Program-made: the position numbers and the translations under genes
The notes under the pieces: model-generated
Told to the model about the DNA's origin: nothing
The model's input: the letters and a program-made list of their open reading frames with translations, nothing else
Database searches by the model: none
Shown here: positions 24,972-39,603 of the stretch, one piece after another
Position numbering within the stretch: the first letter of the stretch is position 1
How the letters are laid out: each line of letters starts with the position of its first letter
NCBI RefSeq assembly: GCF_009914755.1
Contig: NC_060929.1
From: the human T2T-CHM13v2.0 reference genome, Homo sapiens
Direction: 5' to 3' (one strand)
DNA length: 64,000 bases

Positions 24972-27900
24972 AAGAATTTGGGAGCTAGTAGGGGCTTTCT
25001 CGATCATAAGGTCTGATTCATTCACTTTAATATACAAGGAAAATGAGTCTAAGACTAAATATCTTACCCCAAATCAAAGACTGTTAAAAGGCTAGAACTT
25101 GATCTGGCCATTTTTAAACAAGATTCCTCTACCATTATGCTAAAATGCTCCAAACAACCTTACGAGCATCAACCACCAACAAGAATACATAAAACATTTC
25201 TATGGTTTAGTAATTATCACAAAAACCTTCAAATTCATTCCCATTTACCACCAAGAAGGCAAAGGGAAAGGTAATATATGAATAACCAGCCAAAGAACCA
25301 GTCATAAAAAATAAATGAGCCAAGAAAGTTCTTTTCCCTTCTACTCCACAGCACTGCACAGGGGTAGATCCTGCTGCCCATGTGCCTCTGGTATCCTCTA
25401 CCATCAGCTGACTTACATAATGTGAATTGTTGAGACTGAAGAAGATGGTTAAAGAGGTCATTCCCAGTACTTCAAATTATAGCTTACACAGCTAGCTCCT
25501 TGTCTCTCACCCATTGAAAAGCCTTTATCTAGGAAGGAGTCATTCTGAACAAAGATTGTTGTCTTTGGCTGCTAGACACTCAGAAAGGGAGTTCACAGTA
25601 TGAAGTAGTTATTAGTTGTAGCTAGCCAAAAAAATCTCAGGCACAATTTAAATGGTGCAACAAAATATCCATCCAAAGAAAGGGAAATGATAAAAAGTTT
25701 AGAAAGGCAAATTGCTTTAAGAATGCAAAAAATTTTGCCAAGGAAAAAAGTCAATATTTGAATCAGAGATGAGAGTGTGCCAGGGCAGCTCTGTCCCATA
25801 AGATCTCCTCTGGCTATTTAGTGCAAATTAGGAAACCAAGGCTGGAAGCTTGTTAGAGGCCATGAGGGATGAAGGTTGAGAGACAGGTCTTAAAATGGCA
25901 ATGCTAATGGGATCTGGAGTCAGGCACAACCTTGTACCCCGCTGGCTCACCCCTCTTCTACCCTACCGTACCTGTAGGTATTTATTTTTCTAAAAACTGA
26001 AAGAGGTCAAGCCCGGCCATGCTGAAAACAGAATGGTTCCAGGAATCTTGCTGAGAAGTCCAAAAATATCTACCATCCCACAGGCAACTTTATCTGTCCA
26101 GTCTTTTTAAATCAGGTCATCCTCCTAACAGTGCCATGGCAATTCTGTTTCTTGGGGGGCAGTAAACATAAACCTAAATTAATTCAGGATCAAAGCACAG
26201 GTCATGTCATATATTTTATTAGCATTCTTACTCTCCATCAATTTGATTTTAGAGGCTCACCCAAATTTCTTTCAGACTTCAGGTCTGTGGGCTAATTTTC
26301 AGGGCAGGCAAATACTCTGGAGCCTTCCTTATGATTCTCTTATTACATGCAAGTTGCATAATCACGTTGTGAGTGAAAAATGTTGTAATGAAATCCTTCT
26401 AGGACTTCCAGGAATAAACTTTCTTGGATGGGGTCCAAAATGAAATCACCTTATACTGAACTCAGGGATTATAGCAACAGTTGCAAGGCACCAGTGTGAG
26501 TATGTGTACTTGGGGAATAGGAAACACTTCTTTTGAGTTCTCTGTCTCCACAAATGATACCACTGTCTCCCTCAGACTACACTGAAGACCTTAGTGCCCC
26601 CTTTGATTGCCTCTTCCCGTTTACCTAGAGCCAACATTTCAGCAAGATCTGTCATGTGTTTCTTTGAACTATTTCTTCCATTTATGCCTTTTTCTTCATT
26701 GTATTGCACTTTAATCCTAGATATCATCAGTTAGTGATGAGACCCAGGGTCTCATTCTTTCTCACTATTCATTCCATTTGCACTTTATCCATTCTAGCAA
26801 TTTATACTTTAATCTTGAGTCCAGTCAGTTAGTGCTTAGGTTACTGCAGAAATTGCCTAGCTGGCCTCCCAGAGTCCAGTCTCTCTCTCTCTCTCCTTCA
26901 ATCTGTCATAAGCTCAGCTTCCAGTTGGTACCCAAAGGAAATTTCTTTGCATCTTTTTCAGAGCAATCCCTAGCAATATTCCATATTTCTAACTTTATTT
27001 CCTATTTGTCACCTGACATATAATAGACACCATTTAAAAATGACAATGTGAAAACTAGCTGTGTTAGGAAGGGATGGATAATTCATATGAAAACACTTTA
27101 TATATTCAGAAGCCATTACACCAAAGCAAAGAATCAAATAAACAAATCTTTCAAAAACACTTAGGAAACATTTGTAACATGGCTTTTATCTAAACTAAGG
27201 TTCATGGCTCATAAAACATTTCAACAATGATTGCTCTGGAAGTGGGATAAAGATGGTGTTCTGAGAACACAAGACTGTGTCTACTTCTGCCACAAAGCTT
27301 TAGAAATGGCCAGGAAAATAATCTTAAAATTGTAAAAACAAAGAAAAACCAAAAAAGTATAAGGAATCCCTGGAAGAAATAGATGGGAAAGAAATAGTAG
27401 AGGAAGCCACAAGCTAGCGTGCATTCAGAAGTGAACTGCTCTGAAAGTAGGAAGTACCAAAGGCACCAGGAACTCAGAGACCTCAGGTACAGAGATCAGG
27501 AAGTTTCCTAGAGCACCTGCCATGAGGTGGGTTTGGGTTCTGCTTTGCAAACAGCCAGGTATGCAGCGTCCCCTCCCTAATTTCTGCTTGGGCCAAGCAG
27601 TGGCTGCCCAGGTCTTTGCCCCCAAATTAATGCATGAAATGCTTGGGCCAGAGAGGCATAGTAGTGACTCTGGTGGCTACTGATACGCCAGGGAAAAGAA
27701 GGTGCTAAAGGCAAAGAGAAGCTGATGCCATCCACCTAAAGACTCAACATCATGTTTTCAGGAAAGTCTTCCTTGATCTCCCAAGGGCTAGATAGGCTCC
27801 AGTATTTCTTTCTGTGCTTATTGTACCTTCCACAGATCTCCCTTGTATCAATTATCACTTTGCATCATATTTGATAGCAGAAGGAGCCATAACAAACATT

Positions 27901-28949
27901 ACTGTGTCATTTTATGATTAGATTTCAGAACTATGAGAATAGAGCAGCTGCTGTATTGCTATAGAGAATAACTTGAAATGCTTTTCATTAGGTTATCTTA
28001 GACTCTAGTCTGAAATACATTTTGCTTTAGATGTAGGAATATGACCAATAACAATAGCTTGGATATAGTAGGTATGAAATAAATATTAATGATAATCTTA
28101 ATCACGTTCCCCAGTAAAATTCTAAATATCCCACAAAAAGCTTTTAATAACAATGGAAAGCACAGCACAGATAGTTATTATAGTTCTGACTATGTAATAT
28201 GTGATATAAAGGACATTACATCATTCAAATATCAAGTAAAAAATGAAATGAAATGGTGCATCTACATATGATTTTCTTATTTACCTTTTTAACATAATGA
28301 CTATTCTTCTAAATACTTATAAAACTTATTTTTAAGAAATGAGTATAATTTTGGGAATACATTAATTTTTATCAATACGATTTATTAAGTCACATCATAC
28401 AAGCAAATAATCAAGTGCAATTCTTTGTATAAAACCTCCATTGGGAGTAGATTCACTTGGCAATTATGTTTGGCAAGATGTCTACAATTTTAGACAAGAA
28501 TTAAAACTCCCTGAGTATGGTTACAATGGATTTTGATTCCAGCATTTATCCATGCACAAATCATGTACATACATTTCTCCAATAGTAGGTAGATTTAAGG
28601 TGCATGCTGGTGCAGAAAACAGACTGTCATTGAAATATTTCCAAAGACATATGTCAGATAGCAGGGAAGCCAGCTAAGTATGTGCACCCACTTCTTTATT
28701 CCAGAAAAGGAAGCTGTAACTCTTTCCAAAGAATGACAGAGTACGGCGAGGCTTGCAGGGGCAGCTTTAGTCCTACTGAGACCTACAGGACACAGAGCTC
28801 TTTCCCTCAAGGCAGCAATATTGGGAGGTTGAGGGATGTATGACTGTTGCAAAACAGTTGGCAACGTTCTCGAAAAATTGCCTGCCTGGGCCATGCTGTA
28901 TCTTTTTACACATTTATAAATCTTTTATAAATCATAGTCCAGAAGAAGA

Positions 28950-30060
28950 TCAACTTTATTTATCCTTCAACTTTTATCACGTAACTCTTGTACAAAGTCC
29001 TGTGCTATGTTCTGGGAACACAGCAGTGAACATGACAGACAGGACTTAAAATATCGAGTTTACAATCTACTAAAGACGACAGACAAAACTACCCATGGCA
29101 TTATTATTTGCTTATAATTGTGGTAAGTATAGCAGAAGAAAAAGTCAGGTGGAAGCATTTCGTATTTACAAAACAGGAGACAGCCAGTGTAGCTCATCTT
29201 ATCCAAGAAAAAGGAGGGTGACACAAGAGGAGGTTTGCTGAGGTGAGCAGGATACTAGATCAGCTAGGGCATTAAAAGACATATGAAATATCTCGATACT
29301 GCTTCTAAGAGCAATGGCCATTAAGAGTGTTTAATTAGGGAATGGTATGATCTGATTTGCAATTTTAATGATCACTTTGACCTTAAGGTAGAAATAGATT
29401 CAAGAGGAGCAAGAATTAACCCTAGAGATCAGCTAGAAGGCTGTAGCAGTGTCCAGGTAAAAAATGGTGTTGGTTAGGCACAGAATAATGGTAGTAGAGA
29501 GAGAGAAACATGAAAAACATAGAGTAAGAGTTAAAATCAAGATGATTTGGTGATAGGTTAGACATGGAGAGTGAGTAAGAGAAGAAATGATTTCTTGGTC
29601 TCTCTTTGGGTGGTCTTCCATTCACAGATTACACTGGGTAGAAAAAAGATTTGAGTTCTATTTTATATGTGCTAAGTGGGATATACCCATAAATATCCAA
29701 ATAGAGAAGTCGAGGTGAGTAGTTGGATACACAGATTTGGAAATCAGAAAAGAGGTCTGTGCTGAAAATGCACATTTGGGAATTATCTCCATAAATGGCT
29801 AAAGATTTGGGCATAGATGAGTTTGCTTCAAGATAACATAAATAAGAGAAAAGCAGGTCCAGGACCAAGCCTTAAGAAACTTTAACATTTAAAGTTTGAG
29901 GGCAGGATAATAAAACAATAACGAGTCTGAGAAATGGCGGCCAGAGAAAAAAGAGAAAAGCTATGAGAGTGTAGTATCACTGAATCAAGGTAAAGTAAGT
30001 ACTTTAATAAGCAATCATAATTAATGTCAAGTAGTGATGAGAAGTTGAATAACATAAAGA
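28950..30060. mobile_element. L2 LINE, long fragment
   Basis: TGTGCTATGTTCTGGGAACACAGCAGTGAACATGACAGAC...GATCTGATTTGCAATTTTAATGATCACTTTG...TTTGGGAATTATCTCCATAAATGG. Confidence 0.75.
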
Positions 30061-30074
30061 CCTTATTCTAATTA

Positions 30075-30445
30075 TCTGGTCTTTCTTTCAAAGATGGCTC
30101 ATACACATGGCCAGTAAATTAATGCTGGCTTTTGGCTAGAAACTCAATGGGGAGCTATCACCTGGGATCCTCAGTTCTTCTCCATGTGGGACTGTTTGGA
30201 CTTCCTCATACCTTGGCAATTAGATCCAACTGCAAGTGTTCCAAGATATATGGAGTCTTAATGTCTGGGCTCAGAGACAAGCACAGCATCATTACTGCTA
30301 TATTCTATTTGTCAGGCAGTTACAGAGCTCACAAAGATTCAAGAGAATGAGTCATAGACCACACTTCTTGAAGGAGAACTGTCAAGAAGGAGAACTGTCA
30401 AGAACTTCTTGAAGGAGAAGATCATGGCATCTCTAATCTACCAAA
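30075..30445 (-). mobile_element. Old MLT1 (G/H/I-like) LTR fragment
   Basis: CTTCAAAGATGGCTCATACACATGGCC...CTCAGTTCTTCTCCATGTGGG...TTCTATTTGTCAGGCAGTTACAG. Confidence 0.55.
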
Positions 30446-30459
30446 GACCGCAATACTTG

Positions 30460-31130
30460 ACATGTTCAATCCTACTCACTGCACCATGTTTTGTAAGCAC
30501 AAAAGATTGGATTTAAACTAAACATCCATTACTGGGGTCCTAAATAAGTAAATTAATTAAAATTTATAAGATGAAATACTATGTACCCAATGAAAAGATG
30601 GAAATACTTTTAATGTAATGTTGTGGAAGTATTGCCATGAGATATTATTGAGTTAAGAAGGCATGCAGTGCTCTCTTTTAGCTGAATAGTATCTCATGGC
30701 AATATATGAATATGAATAAAACATCTCTAAAACATGCATTTCTAATAGGGAGATATCACCCCCCAGAAGGGCAAAAAGTAGCTATTGGGGAAGGGCAGAT
30801 CCTTAATCTTTTTGTATATAATGGAAAGACATACATATAATGAAAAAGCAGATAGACAGTATATCTGTATATTAAAACTGGAGCGGGGTGAAGTAATCTG
30901 AAAATAATGTATTTTTAAAAGATCTCCTTAGGGTAGTGATAATAAAAAAAAAGTTTGAGAAACACTGCTCTGAAAGGAACAAAGAAATGAGTCCAAATGG
31001 TTGCCTGAGAGTAGAAATGGATTATCAGGAAAAAAGAGAAGAATGAGAATATTCAATGTGTACTTTTATATTTTTTGATATTAGATCCATGGAAATATCG
31101 TACCTATCAAAATTTAAATTAAAAAAGGAA
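30460..31130 (+). mobile_element. L1ME-like 3' fragment, host to MER112 and the 30630-30704 hairpin
   Basis: ATGTTCAATCCTACTCACTGCACCATGTTTTGTAAGCACAAAAGATTGG...GATGAAATACTATG. Confidence 0.5.
30733..30967 (-). mobile_element. MER112-like hAT-Charlie MITE
   Basis: CATGCATTTCTAATAGGGGAGATATCACCCCCC...CTCCTTAGGGTAGTGATAATAAAAAAAAAGTTTGAGAAACACTG. Confidence 0.7.
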
Positions 31131-32394
31131 ATTTAAAAAGGTTATTGATTTTATTTAATGACATACCATTATTGAGTAGGAACTCTTTCAGCATGTATTT
31201 TAGTGTATATAAATGTTACACTTTTAAAAGCCTAGTGTAGGCAAAGAAATACTAATTTTGCTCAGTTATCTTAGCTATTCAAAGGGGAAGTTGATAAAGT
31301 AAACTTTTTTTGTGTGAAATTCTGTCTATTATTATTATTGTGTATTCAAATAAAGCAGTTTTAAAAGACAAGTTAGTGTGTGTACCTGCCTCGTTCTGAA
31401 GCAATAGACAGCATGCTCCTCTCCCAGAGCTGTGAAGGACCACTACAGTTCTCCCAGTGCTAAAGTGTTTCCTCCTTCATACCCCAGGATGGGAGAAGCA
31501 AGTATAAGATGCAGAGAGGTGGATGCAATGTGGACAACAAAAGCCCTTAGTAACATCTAGATTTGCAAAAATTTTTTCTAAAGTGTATCAGTGGTATAGC
31601 TCACACAACAAGACAACATGGTCATCATAAATGCTTGGCAGTCCTCTTGCAGTACTACACAAAAAGCAAACCAAGTATGTCCTTGTTGTAATCTCCACTC
31701 GTGAACATTGAAAATACATGGGAGGGTTGTAGCTCTTCAACTGCTAAAGCCACCAGGGATGAGCAACATTAGACTTAACTCTGGTATGTGAATGGCAACA
31801 TGTAACACTGAGAGCTTGACCATATTCTACTGAATCACCTCGCCCAGTATTGCAAGCAGCAACCCATGGCATAGGCCACATGACATTATGATGGCACTAA
31901 GACTAATAGAGAGCTGCCTGAAAAGATAAAGAGACTTGGAAGCAATAAATAGTTATGACTTAGCCTAATACTGATCTTGCAAAATCGTAGCTATTTGTCA
32001 TCAGAGTTCCTGTCTTTCTTCAGTGATCCCAGTTGATATGGGTAAAGCTGAATTCTAATTGCATGGAAACTCCACAGAGAGCACTGTGAGGTAACGTGGA
32101 TACAAAGCACTGAAATTAATTTTAAAAGTTCACTTAGACAATTCATCCTTCCCCAGACTTACTTCCAAGTCACATCATGAGCAACTTTGATCAAAACTAC
32201 ATTTTGGAGAAGACTATAAATATATGTGACACAGGTCTAGATCATAAACTGTTCAACAATGCATAAAAACTAATGCTAAAATACACGATGGGGACACATA
32301 GCCATTCTCTGCCAACTTTAGATGCATTCCATTGCCTTAAAATGCAGAGCTCTCTTGTGGCTTTCTCTATGGACACTCAGGTAGGACTTGTTAG

Positions 32395-33474
<1,080 letters not shown>

Positions 33475-33505
33475 GAAGGTGATGGTTAATATTCAGCTAA
33501 CCTGT

Positions 33506-33922
33506 TGTCTTAGCTTGGGCTGTCACAACAAAATACCATAGACTGAGTGGCTTAAACAACAGACATTGATTTTCTCATGGATCTAAAGACTGGAAGTCTG
33601 AGATCAGAGTGCCAGCAAGGTCAGGTTCTGGCAAAGGCTCTCTTCCTCTCTTTGCAGACTTAATCTTCCTGCTGTGTGCTCACATGGGTTTTTCTTCATG
33701 CATGCATGGGGAGGACGCACTTCCTTGCACGTGCTCACTTGCTCTCTCTCCCCCTCCCTCCCTATAAGGCCACCAATGCTGTTGGATTAGGACCCCACCC
33801 TTATGGTCTTATTTAGCCTTACTTACTCCTAAAAACCTTATCTTCAAATATTGTGTGAGATCTTGGGTGTTAGTGTTTCAATATATGAATTGGGGATGGG
33901 GAGCACAATTCAGTTCATAGCA
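33506..33922 (-). mobile_element. MLT1A MaLR solo LTR
   Basis: TGTCTTAGCTTGGGCTG...AAATACCATAGACTGAGTGGCTTAAACAAC...CAGTTCATAGCA, with 5-bp TSD CCTGT/CCTAT. Confidence 0.85.
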
Positions 33923-34121
33923 CCTATAAATATAGAGCAAGAAATGTTTAAATATCAGCAAGGAAATTTTTGGTTGAATATTAGGGAGATTAAGAGTCAC
34001 ATAGGAGTTTGAGAAACAGAGCCATCGAATAAGAAAACAAAACAGAATAAAATATGGTACCCTTATCTGATGCTGTATGCCCCCTTTAATAGTAAGTACA
34101 CATCCTAGCCCTATGACAATA

Positions 34122-34332
34122 GTTTTTCTTTTTTTGAGAAAATTGAGGTAAAATTTATATAACAAAAATTACCATTTTAACCAGTTCAAACTGTATAATT
34201 TCATGACATCTAGTATATTCAAAATGATGTGCAATCATCACCTCTAATTCTAGAACACTTTTATAATTCCAAAAAGAATCCCCGTACCTGTTAAATAGTC
34301 ACTACCCATTTCCCCTATCCCTAGTCCCTGGT
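34122..34332 (-). mobile_element. L1MB/MA 3' end fragment
   Basis: AATTGAGGTAAAATTTATATAAC...TGTGCAATCATCACC...CACTACCCATTTCCCC...CCCTAGTCCCTGG. Confidence 0.7.
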
Positions 34333-36364
34333 GTTGGTCTTATAAAGTTCAAGAAAGAAAGTTATAAAGGTACTCTCATTTTTAAAAATGAGAAAAAAAA
34401 GATGGCATTTTAAAAGCTAATGGAAACACTAACTCAAAGACAAACATCGCGTCTTTATCTCATTTCATTATGGAAAAGACAACTTCATGGAAACGTGGAA
34501 TCAGAGATAATACAGAGGATGTCAGTCTCCAGTGTCTTTCCAAATGTGTTTTACCAAACAACTAAAAAAAGTTATAGCTAGCATGCTCTCATACACCCTT
34601 CTCAACAAGGAAACAAACAAATTTAATGTTGAAATAAGTTAGGAAATCCTAAGTTAAACTGTTAACAGATTTCTTTGCAGAGCAAAGAAAATGAATAGAA
34701 CACCAGTAAGGAGGTTTTTGTTCTTTGTTTTTGTCATCACTGTAGAATACGAGTTGCAAACTAGTGATTTTTCACGGCAAATGGACCAAACTCCCAAATG
34801 GATTTTGTTTTTCAAAGAAATTGAGCCATAAATTTCACACAAAATTATAGATTTCTAGCTTCAGTTAAAAATACTGTGTTAAGTGGCAATATATAGCCAT
34901 TGATAACAATTAGGTGAAGATGAGAGACAATTGCTGTTTTTAGAAGAGCCATGCATGTCTGAGTTTACTACAGCACTTAGCTGGTCCATTTTCATCACCT
35001 GTCAGCTGCCTGACCCCTGATGGAACTTGAACTTGCCTCTTCTATTACAGAACTGCCTCTGCAGATAGGTTGCAGAGATGTGTTCTTTCAATGACACTTC
35101 AAACACAAATTCATCTAAATGGCAGACAAATTTGAAGCATCATCCAGTTTTTCTTTTTTTTTTTTTTACCACAATTGTGAATTTTCCATACTCACAATGA
35201 AGGAGGGATGCTATTCCTAAGGATTTAGCAACATGAATTGCAAGTATAGGTTTTTGAGTAGTGGTCCAATGACAACACCTTACTATTTTTAAAGGCACCC
35301 AGATATTTCTGCTTGTGTGGCTAATAGCCATTGTATTTTGGGTCTTATCATAGAACACGCATGCTCACTTAGAACCTAGTAAGAAATACGTGGGAGCCAC
35401 AAGGTGGGAATAATTTGAGCAATAGCAAATATTGCTATTTGTCTGTATGCAACTATGAGTCTGTATGCAAGTGCTTATGTCTCATACAGATATAGAAGTA
35501 GATATAGAATCTCCACACTCACACTAGTTGAGGAGAAGTATATATTGCCAACATCAGAGGAAGCAAGCAAAGCCTAGAGGCTCATTAAAAATGATTCATC
35601 TGCTCAGTGGGAGAGTAATTTTTAAAATTTCCTTACGTTCCATTTGTTGAAGTTCCATTTAAGTGTTATTTCAAATATATGTAGTTATGACCAATTTATT
35701 TAAATAAAAAAGGACTTTCCAAAATTAGTTCATTTACATTTCATCTTCCCTCTAAAACCCAATCGTACAGCTGCTTTTGAATTAATAGTAGTTAATGAAG
35801 TTTTAACTACCCTGGTCTTATCAGCAGTTGCATGGTGTGCTGGACTTGTTTATAGTTGGGCTATTCTTGGTTTTAGTGTAATACAGGTGATGCAGTATAA
35901 TGTCATGGCTAACTCAGGCTCTACTGTCAGACAGGTCTGGGTTCAAATGCTCATGTGGAGAGAAAGAAAACGGAATCATGAGGATTCTCCTGAGGAGAAG
36001 CAATGGATTTGCTTGGAAGGGATATATTTTGAGAAGCATTATGGAGTAAAGAATGACACCCAAAGAGCATGCTCAAAAACAACAGAAGCAGGGAGCAAGG
36101 AGAGGAATTTGTTTCTTAACTGATGAAAGAGTAGGTAAAAAGAGGAGGGACCAGCCTAAAGTTGAGCAAATGTAAGAAATGACTCGTATGAATGAATTTC
36201 TTGATGAAGAAATATGTATCTGCAGCTGAGTCAATGCAGATCAGAAGAGACATTGTACACACGTTCCATTGTCTGTGACTTACTTTAAAGAACTTCAGCA
36301 TAGATAGTGTTATATTGTGTATATGCCTCTTAAACTTCAACTCTCCAGGTAGACTATTGACCTA

Positions 36365-36762
<398 letters not shown>

Positions 36763-36905
36763 GAAAATTAGCACATCAAATGAATTTTCTTGCGTGAAAC
36801 TAATGGCTTAATTAGCATGATTAATTTTTAAAAATTGATTTCATTGGTAAAATTAAAAGGTCTTCGGTATGTCTGGATTGGTTAAAATATTACATAAATA
36901 CAAAT

Positions 36906-37282
36906 TATGGATTGTATGCCAACATACCAAAAGGTATGTTGATGTCCTAACCTCCAGCACCTTATTTGGACCTTATTTGGAAGGGATATAATCCGTTAAG
37001 ACAAGGTGGGCCATTTCCAGTATAACTGACATCCTTACAAGAAAAGAGAGAGACACACAGGAAAAATGCCACATGAAGATGGAGGCAGAGATTGGAGATA
37101 TGCAGCTGCAAGCCAAGGACTGTCAAGGATTGAAGGCCACCACTGGAAGCTAAGAAGAGACATGCAAGAATTTTACCCAGAGTTTTATAGGAAGCATAGC
37201 CCTGCTGGTCCTTCAGTTTCTGACTTCTAGACTCCAGAACTAGTACAGTGTAAATTTTTAAAAGTACTTTGAAACTAACACA
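36906..37282 (+). mobile_element. MLT1C-like MaLR LTR
   Basis: GAAGATGGAGGCAGAGATTGGAG...GCAAGCCAAGGA...GACTTCTAGACTCCAGAACT. Confidence 0.75.
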
Positions 37283-37371
37283 AGGCATAAAATTCTGGAA
37301 AGGTCTATAGCCTGAACCCTTAGGGCTGGCATCTGTATTAGTAAGGGTTCTCTAGAAAAACAGAACCAATG

Positions 37372-37373
<2 letters not shown>

Positions 37374-37421
<48 letters not shown>
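37374..37421. repeat. (GT)24 perfect dinucleotide microsatellite
   Basis: Uninterrupted GT run read directly. Confidence 0.97.
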
Positions 37422-37423
<2 letters not shown>

Positions 37424-38180
37424 TCATGCATTGCTTAACAGGAATATGTTGTGAGAAAGGCGTGTTAGGCAACTTCATCATTGTGCAAATATCATAGAGT
37501 GTACATACACATAGTATATAGCCCACTACCCACTGAGGTTGTATGGTAGAGCCTATTGCTCTCCTAGGCTACAAACCTGTACAACGTGTTACTGCACTGA
37601 ATTCTGTAGGCAATCATAGCACAATGATAAGTATTTGTATGTCTAAACATAGAAGAGGTATGGTAAAGATAAAAGATTTAAAAAATTGTATACTTGTACG
37701 GCACTTACCATGAACGGAGCTTGCAGGACTAGAAGTTGCTCTGGGTGAGTCAGTGAGTGAGTGGCGAGTGAATGTGAAGGCCTAGTACATTATACTACTG
37801 TAGATAGTAGACTTAGGCTACACTAAATATATTTTTTAAAATAGTTTTATTTCTCTAATAATACATTAATTGTAGCTTATTATAACTTACTTTGTAAACC
37901 TAATTTTAACTTTTTGACTATTGTAAGCTTAAAACACAAACACATTTTACAGTTATATCCTTATTCTATAAGTTTTTTCTATTTTAAAGAAATCTTTTAA
38001 AACATTTTTAAACTTTTTTGTTCAAAGCTAAGACACAAACCATCTATTAGCCCAGGCCTACGGTTGGGATCATCAAGATGTCACTAGGTGATACGAGTTT
38101 TTCAGCTCCATTATAATCTTATGGCACCACTGTCATATATGCAGTTTGTCATTGACCAAAATGTTATGTAGTACAGACTA
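37421..38180. mobile_element. Tigger3/GOLEM-family (TcMar) non-autonomous DNA transposon
   Basis: TIR-like ends TAGTCATGCATTGCTTAAC and CATTGACCAAAATGTTATGTAGTACAGACTA; internal CTCCTAGGCTACAAACCTGTAC and GAAGTTGCTCTGGGTGAGTCAGTGAGTGAGTGG. Confidence 0.85.
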
Positions 38181-39603
38181 TATATATATATATATTTATA
38201 TATATATGAAAATCTCGTTCTATATAGCATAACACTGCATAATGACGTTTCAGTGTGTGTATATATATCCTATTGGTTCCATTAGCATATATGTGTGCTT
38301 ACCATATATATACACACACATATGTATAATCTTTCTGCTATTGGTTCCATTTCATATATATATATACAATCTATATATAGCATATATAAATAAATATATA
38401 TACACACACATATATTTGAGACAGAGAGAGATTTATTATAAATTTGCTCAGGTGATTATGGGGGCTGCAAGTCTCAAGATCTGCAGGCTGAGCCAGCAAC
38501 CTGGAGACCCAGAGAGTTGATGGTGTCGTTCCAGTCCAGAGGCCAGCATATCAGGTATCCAGGAAGAGGTAATGTTTCACTTCCTGCTCAAAGGCCATCA
38601 GACTGGAAGAATTCTCTCTTACTTGAGGGATGGTCAGCCTTTGTTCTTCTTCAAGTCTTCAGCTGATTGGGTGAGGCCTCTCCACATTGTGGAGGGCAAT
38701 CTACTTTACTCAGTCCACTAATTTAAATGTATATATCATCCAAAAACACCCTCATGGAAACACCTATAATGACATTTGACCAAATATCTGGATATCCTCA
38801 TGGTCCAGTCAAGTTGCCACATAAAATTAATCATCACTATATTCAAGCTTGATCTTTAGGAAGTCCGATGTCCGGCCACTATTTTAGGAGGATTGATGGT
38901 TGTCTGTGCCAGCTGTAAGGCTAGGAGAGTGTGTTGTCTGGAATATGGTCCTATCTGCTTGAGTGAACGTTTTGTACAAGGTATGGTTAGAACACCTTAA
39001 AGGACAAAATACTGAAACTTTCTAATTTATAGGTTTACAAACTGTGTTGGCCCTGCATACTGGTAACTGCTTGTTTAATAAATATTTGTATTTGTGACAG
39101 AATTTGAAGTGAGACTTGCTTTCACTTGTATCTTGACAGCAAGTTTTGAGAGGAAGTAGTTAGCCCTAACACTTCTCAGAAGTTTTCCTGGATTACATTA
39201 GCTACCAAAAGAACATAAGAGTAGTACATGACAAAATTCCTGGAAATGGCTTTGGATTTTCACAGGCTGGGGAACCGTCAGCATTTCAGCCATTTTAACT
39301 TGGGTCTCAGGGATAAGGCATTCCCATTGTTATGTAGGTCGCATCACTTATTTAACTGCAAGGTATCATTGAGCTACTAAGCCTTCATTTGGACAATGGT
39401 AAACTGGGGAAATAAAAATACCTACCTCAATTGCTGTTGTGAAAATTAAATAGTGCAAGTAATATATTTATCATAATGCCTGCCTTGCACATCTTAAATA
39501 TCCATTAAAGGATGCTATTATTATTTTTCATCTGCAAGTCAGAAGAATAACTGAGGAGAGATAAATGGGAGTGGTCATCAGAAAGGACACAGAGAAGAAG
39601 AAC

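Larger units (their letters stand above)
37334..38838 (-). mobile_element. MLT2B ERVL LTR interrupted by Tigger3 and microsatellites
   Basis: TGTATTAGTAAGGGTTCTCTAGAAAAACAGAACCAAT...GAGATTTATTATAAATTTGCTCAGGTGATTATG...CCAGTCAAGTTGCCACATAAAATTAATCATCAC. Confidence 0.85.

Noticed and set aside
35421-35471. 8-bp-arm palindrome and a nearby 12-bp direct repeat (GTCTGTATGCAA)
   Set aside because: Too short to distinguish from chance or trivial slippage in AT-rich DNA
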